Positions 53,524 to 64,000 of a stretch of 64,000 bases of DNA are shown here, one piece after another. The notes beneath the pieces are model-generated. The model did not search any database. It saw only the letters and a program-made list of their open reading frames with translations, and was not told where the DNA came from. Numbering within the stretch: the first letter of the stretch is position 1; every line of letters begins with the position of its first letter. Source of the DNA: Macrostomum lignano (lineage: Eukaryota); the NCBI GenBank assembly GCA_002269645.1, contig NIVC01000719.1:362020-426019 (forward strand). Reading direction: 5' to 3'. Made by a program: the position numbers and the translations under genes.

Positions 53524-54467
53524 AGTTTATTACTTCAAAATCAATGCCAATGGCAAAAAGAAATTAATTATAAATATTAATTCTTTTGCAAGGAAATAGG
53601 CATTATAACATTTAAAATTTAAACCAAATTTACAATTTACTAGGCCTACCACCTAATGTTTTATTACATGTGTTAGTCCTTAATGTTATTATTGATATTA
53701 TATATTATTTATCAAAAATTGTCTTTTAGTGCATTTAAAAATTAGTAGCACTAATTGTACTACATTTCAAAGTAGAAAGAGTGCTTGCTATTAGCAATTG
53801 CTAATTTTTTTCTTTAATTGATTAGTGACAATACTAATTATTGGTACTAAAAATTTAGCAGTCCTATTAGTCTATCACTGCTTAGCATTAGTGTTCCACT
53901 GTAAGGAGGGTCCATGTACCATAGCTGTAGCCGTAAGCAAAACTATGGCTTACTCCAATTCTCCATATTCCGTAGCCGTAAGGACCCCGAAATTACCATA
54001 TTCCCATAGTTCCCGTAGCCATAGCTTTAGTTTTTACAAAAAGTCTAAAAAACAAAGTATTTTAAATCAAGAAGATAACCTAGTGCTTAAACAACTGCAA
54101 ATTAAATTAGAAAATAAAAGAAACACTTGTCTTTGTAAGAATATATTGCGTCTTTTTTAGAGCAACAATACTTAATTGTTATTGAAAGTACTAATGCTAG
54201 AGTTTTTCACATTAATAAAATTTAGAATTTATTAGTGTTTTATTATACTTTTTAGGTATATTTTATAAGTTTCTAGGTTGATAATACATTTTACTAAAAG
54301 TATCTTTGTTTTACTCTACCTGTTTCTAATATTTTTTCAATTTTTAATATTAATATTAATAACTACGGCTATGGGAATCTACAGAATGTGATAGCAACTA
54401 CTATATTTCCATACTCGTAGCCATAAGAGCAGCTAGCTACCGTAGGCGTATCTGTAGCTGCCATAGG

Positions 54468-55749
54468 CAGTGTTGGGCAAGTTACTCAAAAAAAGTAACT
54501 TGCGTTACTGTAACTCAAGTTACCACTTTTTCAAAAAGTAACTTACGTTAGCCTAGTAACTTTATACAAAAACCCGGTAACTTTTAAGTTACTTCCGTTA
54601 CTTACTTCCGTTACCTATGTTATTAACAAAATTTTCTGCTTTTTTAACATTGCAAATGCGCTGGAACAGCACAAATGATCGCGAAAGCCAGGAGGAAGAA
54701 TAAAACAACATTAATTTCAGTAACTGTATTAAATTTTAATCTCTTTAGGCCCTTTCCGTAAAAAGAAAAGAAGCTGAAGGTCAGAAACGTTAAAGGCAAA
54801 ACGCAATTTAATTTTTAATAACATTATAAGTTATAATACACAAGGACAACTTAACGTAACTTCAGTTGGCCTTGGTAATACATCGCTCGTAATAAGTACC
54901 TGGCTTTACTCCACTCTATAGTCTGCTTTACTAGTCTTTTTATTTATTTTCAATTATTATCATTAATATTAAATTATTGTGCAGTGCAGTGCAGTGCCAG
55001 TGGACTTTAGTGGTGTAGCCAGGGAGGCCGCCTTAACAATCGTTGGGGCGGCAACTTCACCCCACCTGCAAGACACCCCACCTGGGGGGGGGGGGGTGGG
55101 GTTGGGCGTGGCGGGTACCAAAAACCATGAGGCGATTGAGTGCCTGCGGCGCTTAAATGAGTGCCTGCGGCGCTTAAATGAGTGCTTGCGGCGCTAAAAT
55201 GAGTGCCTGCGGCGCTAAAATGAGTGCCTGCGGCGCTAAAAGTGGCAATGGCATGAGGCATGGCCAGCCAGGCCAACCCGCCCCCCCCCAATTAAAATTC
55301 CTGGCTACGTCGATCACTGAGTGGATTTGTGGAGACTACAGATGAATTTCTTTCTTTGGTTTTTTGTTTCTAAGAACTAAACAAAATATTTTTATTAACT
55401 TAAAAACGAAAAGCAAAAATATTTTACCGAAAATAACAAAGTAAAAACATGTTTCAAGTATTTCTTTATTAATTACAGCGTAATACCGTATGATATTATT
55501 CACTTAGTTTTGAATTTAGGAATGAAAAATGCTAAAAATGTGACAACTAGAGTAATAGCTAAGCATATCAGTTTTAAATTTAAATATTGCGATTGTTGCA
55601 AAGTAACTGTAACGGACTTCCGAAATTTGAGTAACTTACCGTTACTCCGTTACCAAAATAGGAAAGTAACTTGCGTAAGGAACGCTTTACGAAAAAGTAA
55701 CTTGCGTTACCATTTACAAGTTACTCGGTAACGGAAGTGCCCAACACTG
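54468..55749. mobile_element. Non-autonomous hAT-type DNA transposon, about 1.28 kb, rich in GTAAC/GTTAC subterminal motifs
   Basis: TIR CAGTGTTGGG...CCCAACACTG with a perfect 8-bp TSD GCCATAGG on both sides. Confidence 0.85.
55008..55319. mobile_element. Small TIR element nested inside the 54468-55749 element
   Basis: Ends TAGTGGTGTAGCCAGG...CCTGGCTACGTCGATCACTG; flanks AGTGGACTT and AGTGGATTT (one mismatch); internal 22-23-bp tandem repeats TGAGTGCCTGCGGCGCTAAAA. Confidence 0.6.
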
Positions 55750-55913
55750 GCCATAGGCACCTATTTTACCATATTTTAAGCTACGGCTATGGCGGAACAT
55801 TACTTAACTTAGCATATAATTGGCATAATCCTAATGCATACCGAGGTCATTAATGCATAGGCCTATGTCTATGATATACAACTTTTCAGCATAGGCCTAC
55901 TTGCCAAAAAACA

Positions 55914-56397
55914 TAGGGTAAAACATCATCAACCGGACAATGAATCTTCAAAACCGGACAAGTTCATCAGCTTCTATTTTACTACCATACTTGACAATAA
56001 CAAACTTAAAAGCTTAACTTAACCACTCGTTTGAAAGAACTTGTAACTATCTGCAAAACGACACATCCATCGTTTGATAGTTTTCTGTAGAAAAAAAGAT
56101 ATTTGTGTTTATCTGATGAAAAAATTGTGAAATTTACGTTTTGCGAAGATTTTTGTTTTTCAGCGGCTACTGAAAAAATGTTTATAACTTTACAATCGCG
56201 GCTCCGTTTTTTATACCCAATGTCTCATTTTATTCAGCATAAAATGATCTATTGATTGACATTAAATATGTGACTTAAATTTGCTGGTAACTTTCACATT
56301 TAGCCCTGTCCGGTTGATGATGCAATTCTGTCCATTCGGTTCGGTTTACAGATTCGTGCACCATCAACCGGACAAAGAATCATCAACCGGACGGGTA
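55914..56397. mobile_element. Degraded TIR element or MITE remnant with CATCAACCGGAC motifs
   Basis: 16-bp inverted repeat CATCATCAACCGGACA at 55924-55939 and 56307-56322, plus further motif copies to 56391. The outer termini do not match. Confidence 0.4.
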
Positions 56398-58764
56398 AAA
56401 AATGCAGGCAATAAAAAGTTTTTAGCTAGTAAAATAAACAGAATATATGTTTTGCTTTCACCTAAATTACAAATCAAAGCAATTTTATAAGTTGTTGTCA
56501 AAAAAACAATAACCATTTTGTTTTACGTATTTGAGCTTTGAACACCGGATTTTCAGACTTTGATTTGTAAATCTCCGGTAAAAATAACAGTCAAATATTT
56601 TATTCTCTACTTACAGTAGTAAAGCAAAGGTTGACGAAATATCAACTATTTTCGGACAATTCAGTGTCAAAAAGTGGCGGACTCCATTGTGTGACTGCGC
56701 TAACTCTACGGAATAAATAGGCATAGCTTATTTTAACTAGCTACATTACCGCGCTAACTTTAGTACTGCGGCCAGTAACTCTATCTGCATTCGGCGCCAG
56801 AGATGTACATGTATTCAGCAGGTAGATGTGGTAAATGGCTTTGAAAAGCCTAATGGTGCTTGAATAGTTTGGTGCGGGCTAAAGCCAAAACAGAATAATT
56901 AAACAAACATGATGGGTGTCCGCGAGCTTGCCACCCCAAACAGCGCCCCCCTCGGCGCCACTAAAATGTTCGCCGTTACAAAGCAGCGCCAGTGCCTTCT
57001 AGTAAGCATGTAAATGTGGCATTCCATGCCCTTTATCACCCCCAGCGTGGCGCCCCAAGCATGGTGCAGGGCGCACCTACGTACCAAAAGAATCTTATTG
57101 GTATAGATTGCCAATAAGCTCCATCGTATTTCAAGAACCACTAGGAGTATAAGGAGTCTACTTCTAGCGGTTTTTATAACTTACGACCGAATAAGCTCAA
57201 TGAAAGCTTCACAAAAAGGCGCAAAGAAACTGAAACCAATCACAACGAAAAGAATTTTATACAAGCAAGTTAATCTAAGAAAAACACATTTACTTTCTGT
57301 TTGATATCTCACATGCAAGAATCTATAATTGTTTGCTTATAATTAACTACTGTACTCCCATAGGTAAAGTCGAGATATTTATTGGGTTGCGCGCTGGGAA
57401 GTCGCGCTTCTAAGGGACGCTAAAAAGACGCCAAAAGGGCGCTAAAGCGTGTGCTCTAAAAAGCGGGTGTCTTGTGTTCTGGGCTAGCTTCGGGAGCGCT
57501 TATTGGGGGGGGGGACGATTCGGTACGATGTGGCGCTATGAGGGCGCTTTGGTAGGGCGCGGTCGGGGCAAGGCAGCTTTAAGGTCACTAGCTGGGTTGT
57601 AGGGCGCTTTGGGAGAGCTTTACCCCTTCAAAAGAATCTCCACTTGCCCAGCCCCTGGCTTCGCACCTGCTCTGCTTCTTCCAAACAATACACCGAACTC
57701 AAGGGTGGCGGATCCAAAGGAGCAAGGCTGAGCGGTGGGCTGTTTCCAGAATTTTCCTCAAATTTGCTCATCACAATTTTTTCAGGTGTCTATAAGCTAC
57801 TGCGGAAAGTGGACGGCCACCCCACAGCGGTTGCGCAAATGGTTTTTAGATAAATTGAGGATCTGTAAAATATAGCTCGCGCCTCTGTAAAAATCGAAGG
57901 CATTTAGGCAGCCACTAGTCTAGCTATTTAATAGCTATTGAATAGTCATTAGTAATAGCTAGTATTGATTGCAGTAAGGCAAAATTGAAACCACCAGTAT
58001 ACGCGTGAAGCCGTTTTATTGACGCATTCTATATATACCATGCATGCCATTCATCCATGATTATACCGCCACCCCTGTTGGATCTCATCCAGCTAGGGTG
58101 GAATCCGGTGGATGAATCAAAGCATTGAGACAAGTAATATAGAGGCCAACTCAATTTTCCAGTTTCAGTTGAATTCGCACATTACTGGCGGCTGACCCCT
58201 AAATGGCGACTAATGCTTTGCTTGCCGACATGTTGCATTCATGAGATAGAGATGGGATGGCTGTTTGTGAAAGTGTGAAAATGGGCAAAATTTGTGAGAA
58301 TTATGCAATCATAGGCTGAATTGACTCTGTCTATATGACACTGTCTACCTCTGTCTCTCTAGTATATGAGAATTATAAGCTTACCCTGTCATTCAGGATG
58401 GGTTTTTCTATATTTTGCATTAGGCAAATTATTCACTCTTTACTTTCTGAATTTTGGATTATAAATAATAAAACAAACAACTCTATTAATGATATCCCAA
58501 AGAAAAGGCAGCATATAGCAACAACACATGCACTAAAGTGTATTGACCACAAAACAACGGGTTTGTTGTGTATGTACATATACATGTAAATATTCAAGTA
58601 AAAGTTTTTCTGCAAATGCATATCAAGTCAGCCATAAAATTCCGTACTGAAAAGTTTTCCAGTATAAAATAGACCTTGCATTGTGGAACCCATTTCCACT
58701 CTGGGGTGCCAATGTTTGTGTGCTGCTCAGCTTTTTTGGCGCCACTTCCCCACTTGGCACTCAT

Positions 58765-59632
58765 CCTGTATGCTCATCCTGTGTGCTCATTCTGTGTGCT
58801 CATTCTGTGTGCTCATTCTGTGCGCTCATTCTGTGTGCTCATTCTGTGTGCTCATTCTGTGTGCTCATTCTGTGTGCTCATTCTGTGTGCTCATTCTGTG
58901 TGCTCATTCTGTGTGCTCATTCTGTGTGCACACTCTGTGCGCATTCTGTGTGCTCATTCTGTGTGCTCATTCTGTGCGCTCATTCTGTGTGCTCATTCTG
59001 TGTGCTCATTCTGTGTGCTCATTCTGTGTGCTCATTCTGTGTGCTCATTCTGTGTGCACACTCTGTGCGCATTCTGTGTGCTCATTCTGTGTGCTCATTC
59101 TGTGCGCTCATTCTGTGTGCTCATTCTGTGCGCTCATTCTGTGCGCTCATTCTGTGTGCTCATTCTATGTGCTCATTCTGTGCGCTCATTCTGTGCGCTC
59201 ATTCTGTGTGCTCATTCTGTGTGCACACTCTGTGCGCATTCTGTGTGCTCATTCTGTGTGCTCATTCTGTGCGCTCATTCTGTGTGCTCATTCTGTGCGC
59301 TCATTCTGTGTGCTCATTCTGTGTGCTCATTCTGTGTGCACACTCTGTGCGCATTCTGTGTGCTCATTCTGTGTGCTCATTCTGTGCGCTCATTCTGTGT
59401 GCTCATTCTGTGCGCTCATTCTGTGCGCTCATTCTGTGTGCTCATTCTGTGCGCTCATTCTGTGCGCTCATTCTGTGTGCTCATTCTGTGCGCTCATTCT
59501 GTGTGCTCATTCTGTGCGCTCATTCTGTGTGCACACTCTGTGCGCATTCTGTGTGCTCATTCTGTGTGCTCATTCTGTGTGCACACTCTGTGCGCATTCT
59601 GTGTGCTCATTCTGTGTGCTCATTCTGTGCTC
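58765..59632. repeat. 13-bp minisatellite CTCATTCTGTG(T/C)G
   Basis: Direct reading. Confidence 0.96.
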
Positions 59633-60130
59633 AAATGTTAAAACTACACTCATTGAAATAATTTCTCGGCTCCATCTCTGTTCGTCTGTTTCTGTATTTT
59701 GACTCATTATCTTTGTCTTGACCCGTTTCTCCCAGTTTCCCCGCCTCATCCGGTTTCAACTGACTTTATCCCCATGATTTCTTCTAGACTCAATAGGGCC
59801 TATCAGATTCGCAAAATAGTTTAGTCTTTTCCTTCTCTCAGAATTTCGAGACGGATGATCTCAAGGGACGAAAAGGGAACAATAAGGCCCTACTGCCAAT
59901 GACAAGCACCAGCGTCTTACTATTGGCTAGCACTGGGTCGCACATTATACTTGCGACCTATCCACGAGTTTGGATGAACTCCCAATCCCATTTTTAACCT
60001 GTTGTGGAAAAAAACAGCTTGCCATCGCCATTTTCATAACCCATAATCAACTCTTTTGGTTCTGATAATAAGAAATACCAACTAAAGCGTATATTCAAAT
60101 TAACTAGGCCTAATTAACAGCTTGCCAACA

Positions 60131-63100
60131 ATGGCAAAACCACAGCAATCAAAAGGCAAAAAGCCGGATTTGGAATCCGCAGTTCAAAGTGTGCTGCAAC
60201 GTATTCGGAGTGGGTTAGACGGTGACTACCGCAATGTTGCCGATTCTTTCGGCGTTTCAAGATCGACACTGTTTGATCGCGTTCGAAAATTAATGAATGG
60301 CGAAAAGCCAAGAAAAAGAAATGACTGTAAGCGCTACTTTACAGAGGCAGAAGAACGCCTTTTTTCTGACGCCATACAGCAGGCGGCCGTGCAGCAGCTT
60401 CCAGTTTCGAGAAAGTTGCTGCTGCAAATGGCGTCGGATGCTGTCTGCAATTTCGCCAGCAAGGAAGGCAGGAGCGGCTTGCGCCATGTCCAGGCAAGAA
60501 TATTTATAAATAAATTTTATTGAAAAGAGCGAGATCTCAAATCTGCTTTTACCCTTACGGTAATAGGACAGCAATAATAGGACCGCTGTCTGACCCAGTT
60601 CTCCCGCTGCCTGACCCAGTTCTCCCGCTGCCTGACCCAGTTCTCCCGCTGCCTGACCCAGTTCTCCCGCTGCCTGACCCAGTTCTCCCGCTGCCTGACC
60701 CAGTTCTCCCGCTGCCTGACCCAGTTCTCCCGCTGCCTGACCCAGTTCTCCCGCTGCCTGACCCAGTTCTCCCGCTGCCTTGCCTAGTTTTCCCGCTGCC
60801 TGACCCAGTTCTCCCGCTGCCTGACCCAGTTCTCCCGCTGCCTTGCCTAGTTTTCCCGCTGCCTGACCCAGTTCCCCTCCGGTTCCCCTCCGGTTCCCCT
60901 CCGGTTCCCCTCCGGTTCCCCTCCGGTTCCCCTCCGGTTCCCCTCCGGTTCCCCTCCGGTTCCCCTCCGGTTCCCCTCCGGTTCCCCTCCGGTTCCCCTC
61001 CGGTTCCCCTCCGGTTCCCCTCCGGTTCCCCTCCGGTTCCCCTCCGGTTCCCCTCCGGTTCCCCTCCGGTTCCCCTCCGGTTCCCCTCCGGTTCCCCTCC
61101 GGTTCCCCTCCGGTTCCCCTCCGGTTCCCCTCCGGTTCCCCTCCGGTTCCCCTCCGGTTCCCCTCCGGTTCCCCTCCGGTTCCCCTCCGGTTCCCCTCCG
61201 GTTCCCCTCCGGTTCTCCTCCGGTTCCCCTCCGGTTCCCCTCCGGTTCCCCTCCGGTTCCCCTCCGGTTCCTCTCGTATTGCATTTAGTATTTAGTATTG
61301 CAATAATTTTAATAATTTTAGTATTGCATTGTATTTGTCCTTTTGAGTTATTATTCATTTTCCTATTCCCAGGCTGACACTGTGACGCGAGGCTGGGTTG
61401 ACAGCTTTCTTAAAAGACATCCAGAGCTTGCGTTGCGTATTCCTCAGGCTGTGAATCCTGGTCGGACAGTCGTCACAGAGGTCAGAATCCGCAACTGGTT
61501 TGAGGCGCTCGCTGCGTTTGAGATGGATGAGCTACTTGACGGAGCGCTGCAGGATCCTGAGAGAATTTTTAACTGTGACGAAATCGCTGTTCCTCAGGGA
61601 ATAAAGTCGCAAGCCGTTTTAGCACCGAAAGGAATGCTTAATGTCGTTCAAAAGGTACATGGCAGTGATCGAAAGTTTACAACCGTTCTAGTCGCTGTTC
61701 AATGCGCAGGAAAGCTTCTGCCGCCTCGATTCGTTTTTCCTGGAAAAATTCAGCAGCGAACAGACCACTTGCCGCCGGACTGCCACTACAGTTTTTCGCC
61801 GAACGGCTGGATGACTACCTCTGGATTCGAGACTTTCATCCGCGAGACGTTTGTTCCATTTCTTGATGAAGAGAAAGTGCGCCGCCCGGTGGTTCTGTTT
61901 ACGGATCTTCACGAATCTCGACTATCTGTTGAGCTGCTGGAATATCTGCGTGAACAGAAGGTGGTTCTCTATGGGCTAGTTCCAAACGCGACGCACGTTA
62001 TGCAGCCGCTCGACCTTGCCGTTTTTCGCCCAGTCAAGTGCGGGTGGCGAGAACTTCTTGCTGACAGATCACAGCAGGCTGCATTCGGCGGCAGCATCAG
62101 TCGGCAGCAGTTTGTGCACTTATTTCGCGACGTGCTTCAACGAAAGGCAAACGCGTGCAACATTGCGGCTGGTTTCCGAAAGAGCGGAATATTTCCAAGA
62201 AATCCGGACGCACCACCATACGACAAGTTACTAAAGAGAGTCGACATATCAAAAAGCGGTGGTGTCACGCCGAACAACGAGCTATCATCTGGCAACGAGG
62301 AGCAGCTGAAAACGACTCCTAAAGCAGAAAAAACTTGTCAGACTGTTAGTGGATCAGTGGAGCAGTGCTTTGAGCGAGTTTTCGGCACAGAAAAGCTGTT
62401 TCAGCTGCAAACTCAGCCGCCTGTCTCTGCAGAAGATCGAAGGCTTCAGCAACTTTTCTGGCTGCTGTCAGGCAACGTAAGGGCGGACAGGCCATGTGAT
62501 AACCACATCGCAAGCTCTGGTGACACAGTGGAGAGCCTTCTGGGAAGCCTGCCGTCTTCGCCGTCTCCCGGCAGCAGCCCGCCGCCTCGCGACAGCAGCC
62601 CGGCGCCTCTCGGCAGCAGCCCGCCGCCTCGCGACAGCAGCCCGGCGCCTCCCGGCAGCAGCCCGCCGCCTCGCGACAGCAGCCCGGCGCCTCCCAGCAG
62701 CAGCCCGGCGCCTCCCGGCAGCAGCCCGCCGCCTCGCGACAGCAGCCCGGCGCCTCCCGGCAGCAGCCCGCCGCCTCGCGACAGCAGCCCGGCGCCTCCC
62801 GGCAGCAGCCCGCCGCCTCGCGACAGCAGCCCGCCGCCTCGCGACAGCAGCCTGGCGCCTCCCGGCAGCAGCCCGCCGCCTCGCGACAGCAGCCCGGCGC
62901 CTCCCGGCAGCAGCCCGCCGCCTCGCGACAGCAGCCCGCCGCCTCGCGACAGCAGCCCGCCGCCTCGCGACAGCAGCCCGGCGCCTCCCGGCAGCAGCCC
63001 GCCGCCTCGCGACAGCAGCCCGACGCCTCCCGGCAGCAGCCCGCCGCCTCGCGACAGCAGCCCGGCGCCTCCCGGCAGCAGCCCGCCGCCTCGCGACAGC

Positions 63101-64000
63101 AGCCCGCCGCCTCGCGACAGCAGCCCGGCGCCTCCCGGCAGCAGCCCGGCGCCTCCCGGCAGCAGCCCGCCGCCTCGCGACAGCAGCCCGCCGCCTCGCG
63201 ACAGCAGCCCGGCGCCTCCCGGCAGCAGCCCGGCGCCTCCCGGCAGCAGCCCGGCGTCTGACTGTTTCACTGAGGCCACAATCGCAATGTGTGATTCAGA
63301 TGTGGATTCTGAGCCACCCTCAGGTAAGAATTTTTATTAAATTTCTTCTGCCTGGCTTTGCTTCGGACATAGACGGGTTTTTATTGGTAGAGCTTCTTAC
63401 GCTCGTAGCTTTGTCTAATCGCGTGTATTTAAAGGCTCATAATCCGACTTAACATTCTGTCATGAGAAGGGAACTGCGAGCAGATTCCCCCTGAAATAAT
63501 CTGCTTACTTTTATTACAAGACTAGAATTTTAGCAAAGATCTTTTCCCTCAGAGCTGTCCGCGGCTGGGACTCGTGGGTCATTGAGTGCACTCCTGCTTT
63601 ATTTATGTAATTGACTCACTCGTACGTATTATGCCTAAAGACAGCTTCAAACAGCCTTAAAGACTGTCGCAGATTTTTTCGGGCAATGATATTCGTATTG
63701 GAGTAAGCAAATCTTAATTAGAGCTAGATGTTTGCTCTTCCTAATTCAACAGATTCGTTCTGTCCTGTCGAATCTATCTCAGCTGCGGCGGCGGCTGCAG
63801 TTTCTTCTTTCGTTCTACCTGTGAACAGAAAGAGGAAGGCAGCAGAGGAGGCCTCAAGTTCGAAAAGAGGCAAATCGACTTGCCAGGACCTGCCGGACTC
63901 CAACCTCACAAGCCTGTCAACGCTGTCCTTTTTACGCAACAAGGCCAACAACCGGCGAGCACTGGCTGATGCCAAGAAGATGCGTGTAGCGAAACGTCAG
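60131..64000 (+). CDS. Spliced pogo/Tigger-like transposase (HTH_psq + CENP-B/Tc5 HTH + DDE_1), 3'-incomplete. Exons: 60131-60493, 61373-63323, 63753 to beyond 64000
   Basis: HTH YRNVADSFGVSRSTLFDRV; TRGWVDSFLKRHPELALR; catalytic motifs IFNCDE, LFTDLHESR, MQPLDLAVFRPVK. Intron 1 is CAG|GCAAGA...ttcccag (phase 0). Intron 2 is CAG|GTAAGA...tcaacag (phase 1), and the frame stays open to the window end. Confidence 0.9.
60588..61272. repeat. Compound minisatellite in transposase intron 1: 21-bp GCCTGACCCAGTTCTCCCGCT, then 11-bp CGGTTCCCCTC
   Basis: Direct reading. Confidence 0.95.
62567..63257. repeat. 21-bp two-variant GC-rich minisatellite in frame with the transposase (SSPAPPG / SSPPPRD)
   Basis: Direct reading. 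Confidence 0.93.

Noticed and set aside
57699-58078. Possible MITE with CAAGGGTGGCGG / CCGCCACCCCTG ends
   Set aside because: The 12-bp inverted match has a mismatch and the flanks show no TSD.

Overview
Eukaryotic, almost certainly animal, genomic DNA. GC-rich exons are separated by introns and intergenic regions full of locus-specific minisatellites and microsatellites. This architecture resembles the flatworm Macrostomum lignano; the organism call is inference only. I reconstructed exon chains by hand from GT/GC-AG sites and reading-frame phase. Genes: (1) 3' part of a voltage-sensing phosphatase (VSP/TPTE), +, 1651-7165; (2) an isolated last exon of a prolyl 4-hydroxylase alpha subunit, -, 7552-7697; (3) a 623-aa tandem cyclic-nucleotide-binding-domain protein, +, 14873-22652; (4) poorly resolved exons of an unknown low-complexity protein, +, about 23.1-26.4 kb; (5) a 156-aa Ly6/three-finger, probably GPI-anchored protein, -, 28518-30418; (6) a RING/2xB-box/coiled-coil/5xTudor Qin-RNF17-type piRNA-pathway gene, -, 35283-50463, with an apparent 1-bp frameshift and an unlocated first exon; (7) a spliced pogo/Tigger-like transposase with an intact DDE triad, a GC-AG intron and an in-frame minisatellite, +, 60131 to beyond 64000. 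The window also holds a tRNA-Arg(ACG) pseudogene, nested hAT-type non-autonomous elements with 8-bp TSDs, and a MITE pair showing CpG-deamination footprints. Most long ORFs in the supplied track are translations of tandem repeats. There is no CRISPR array.
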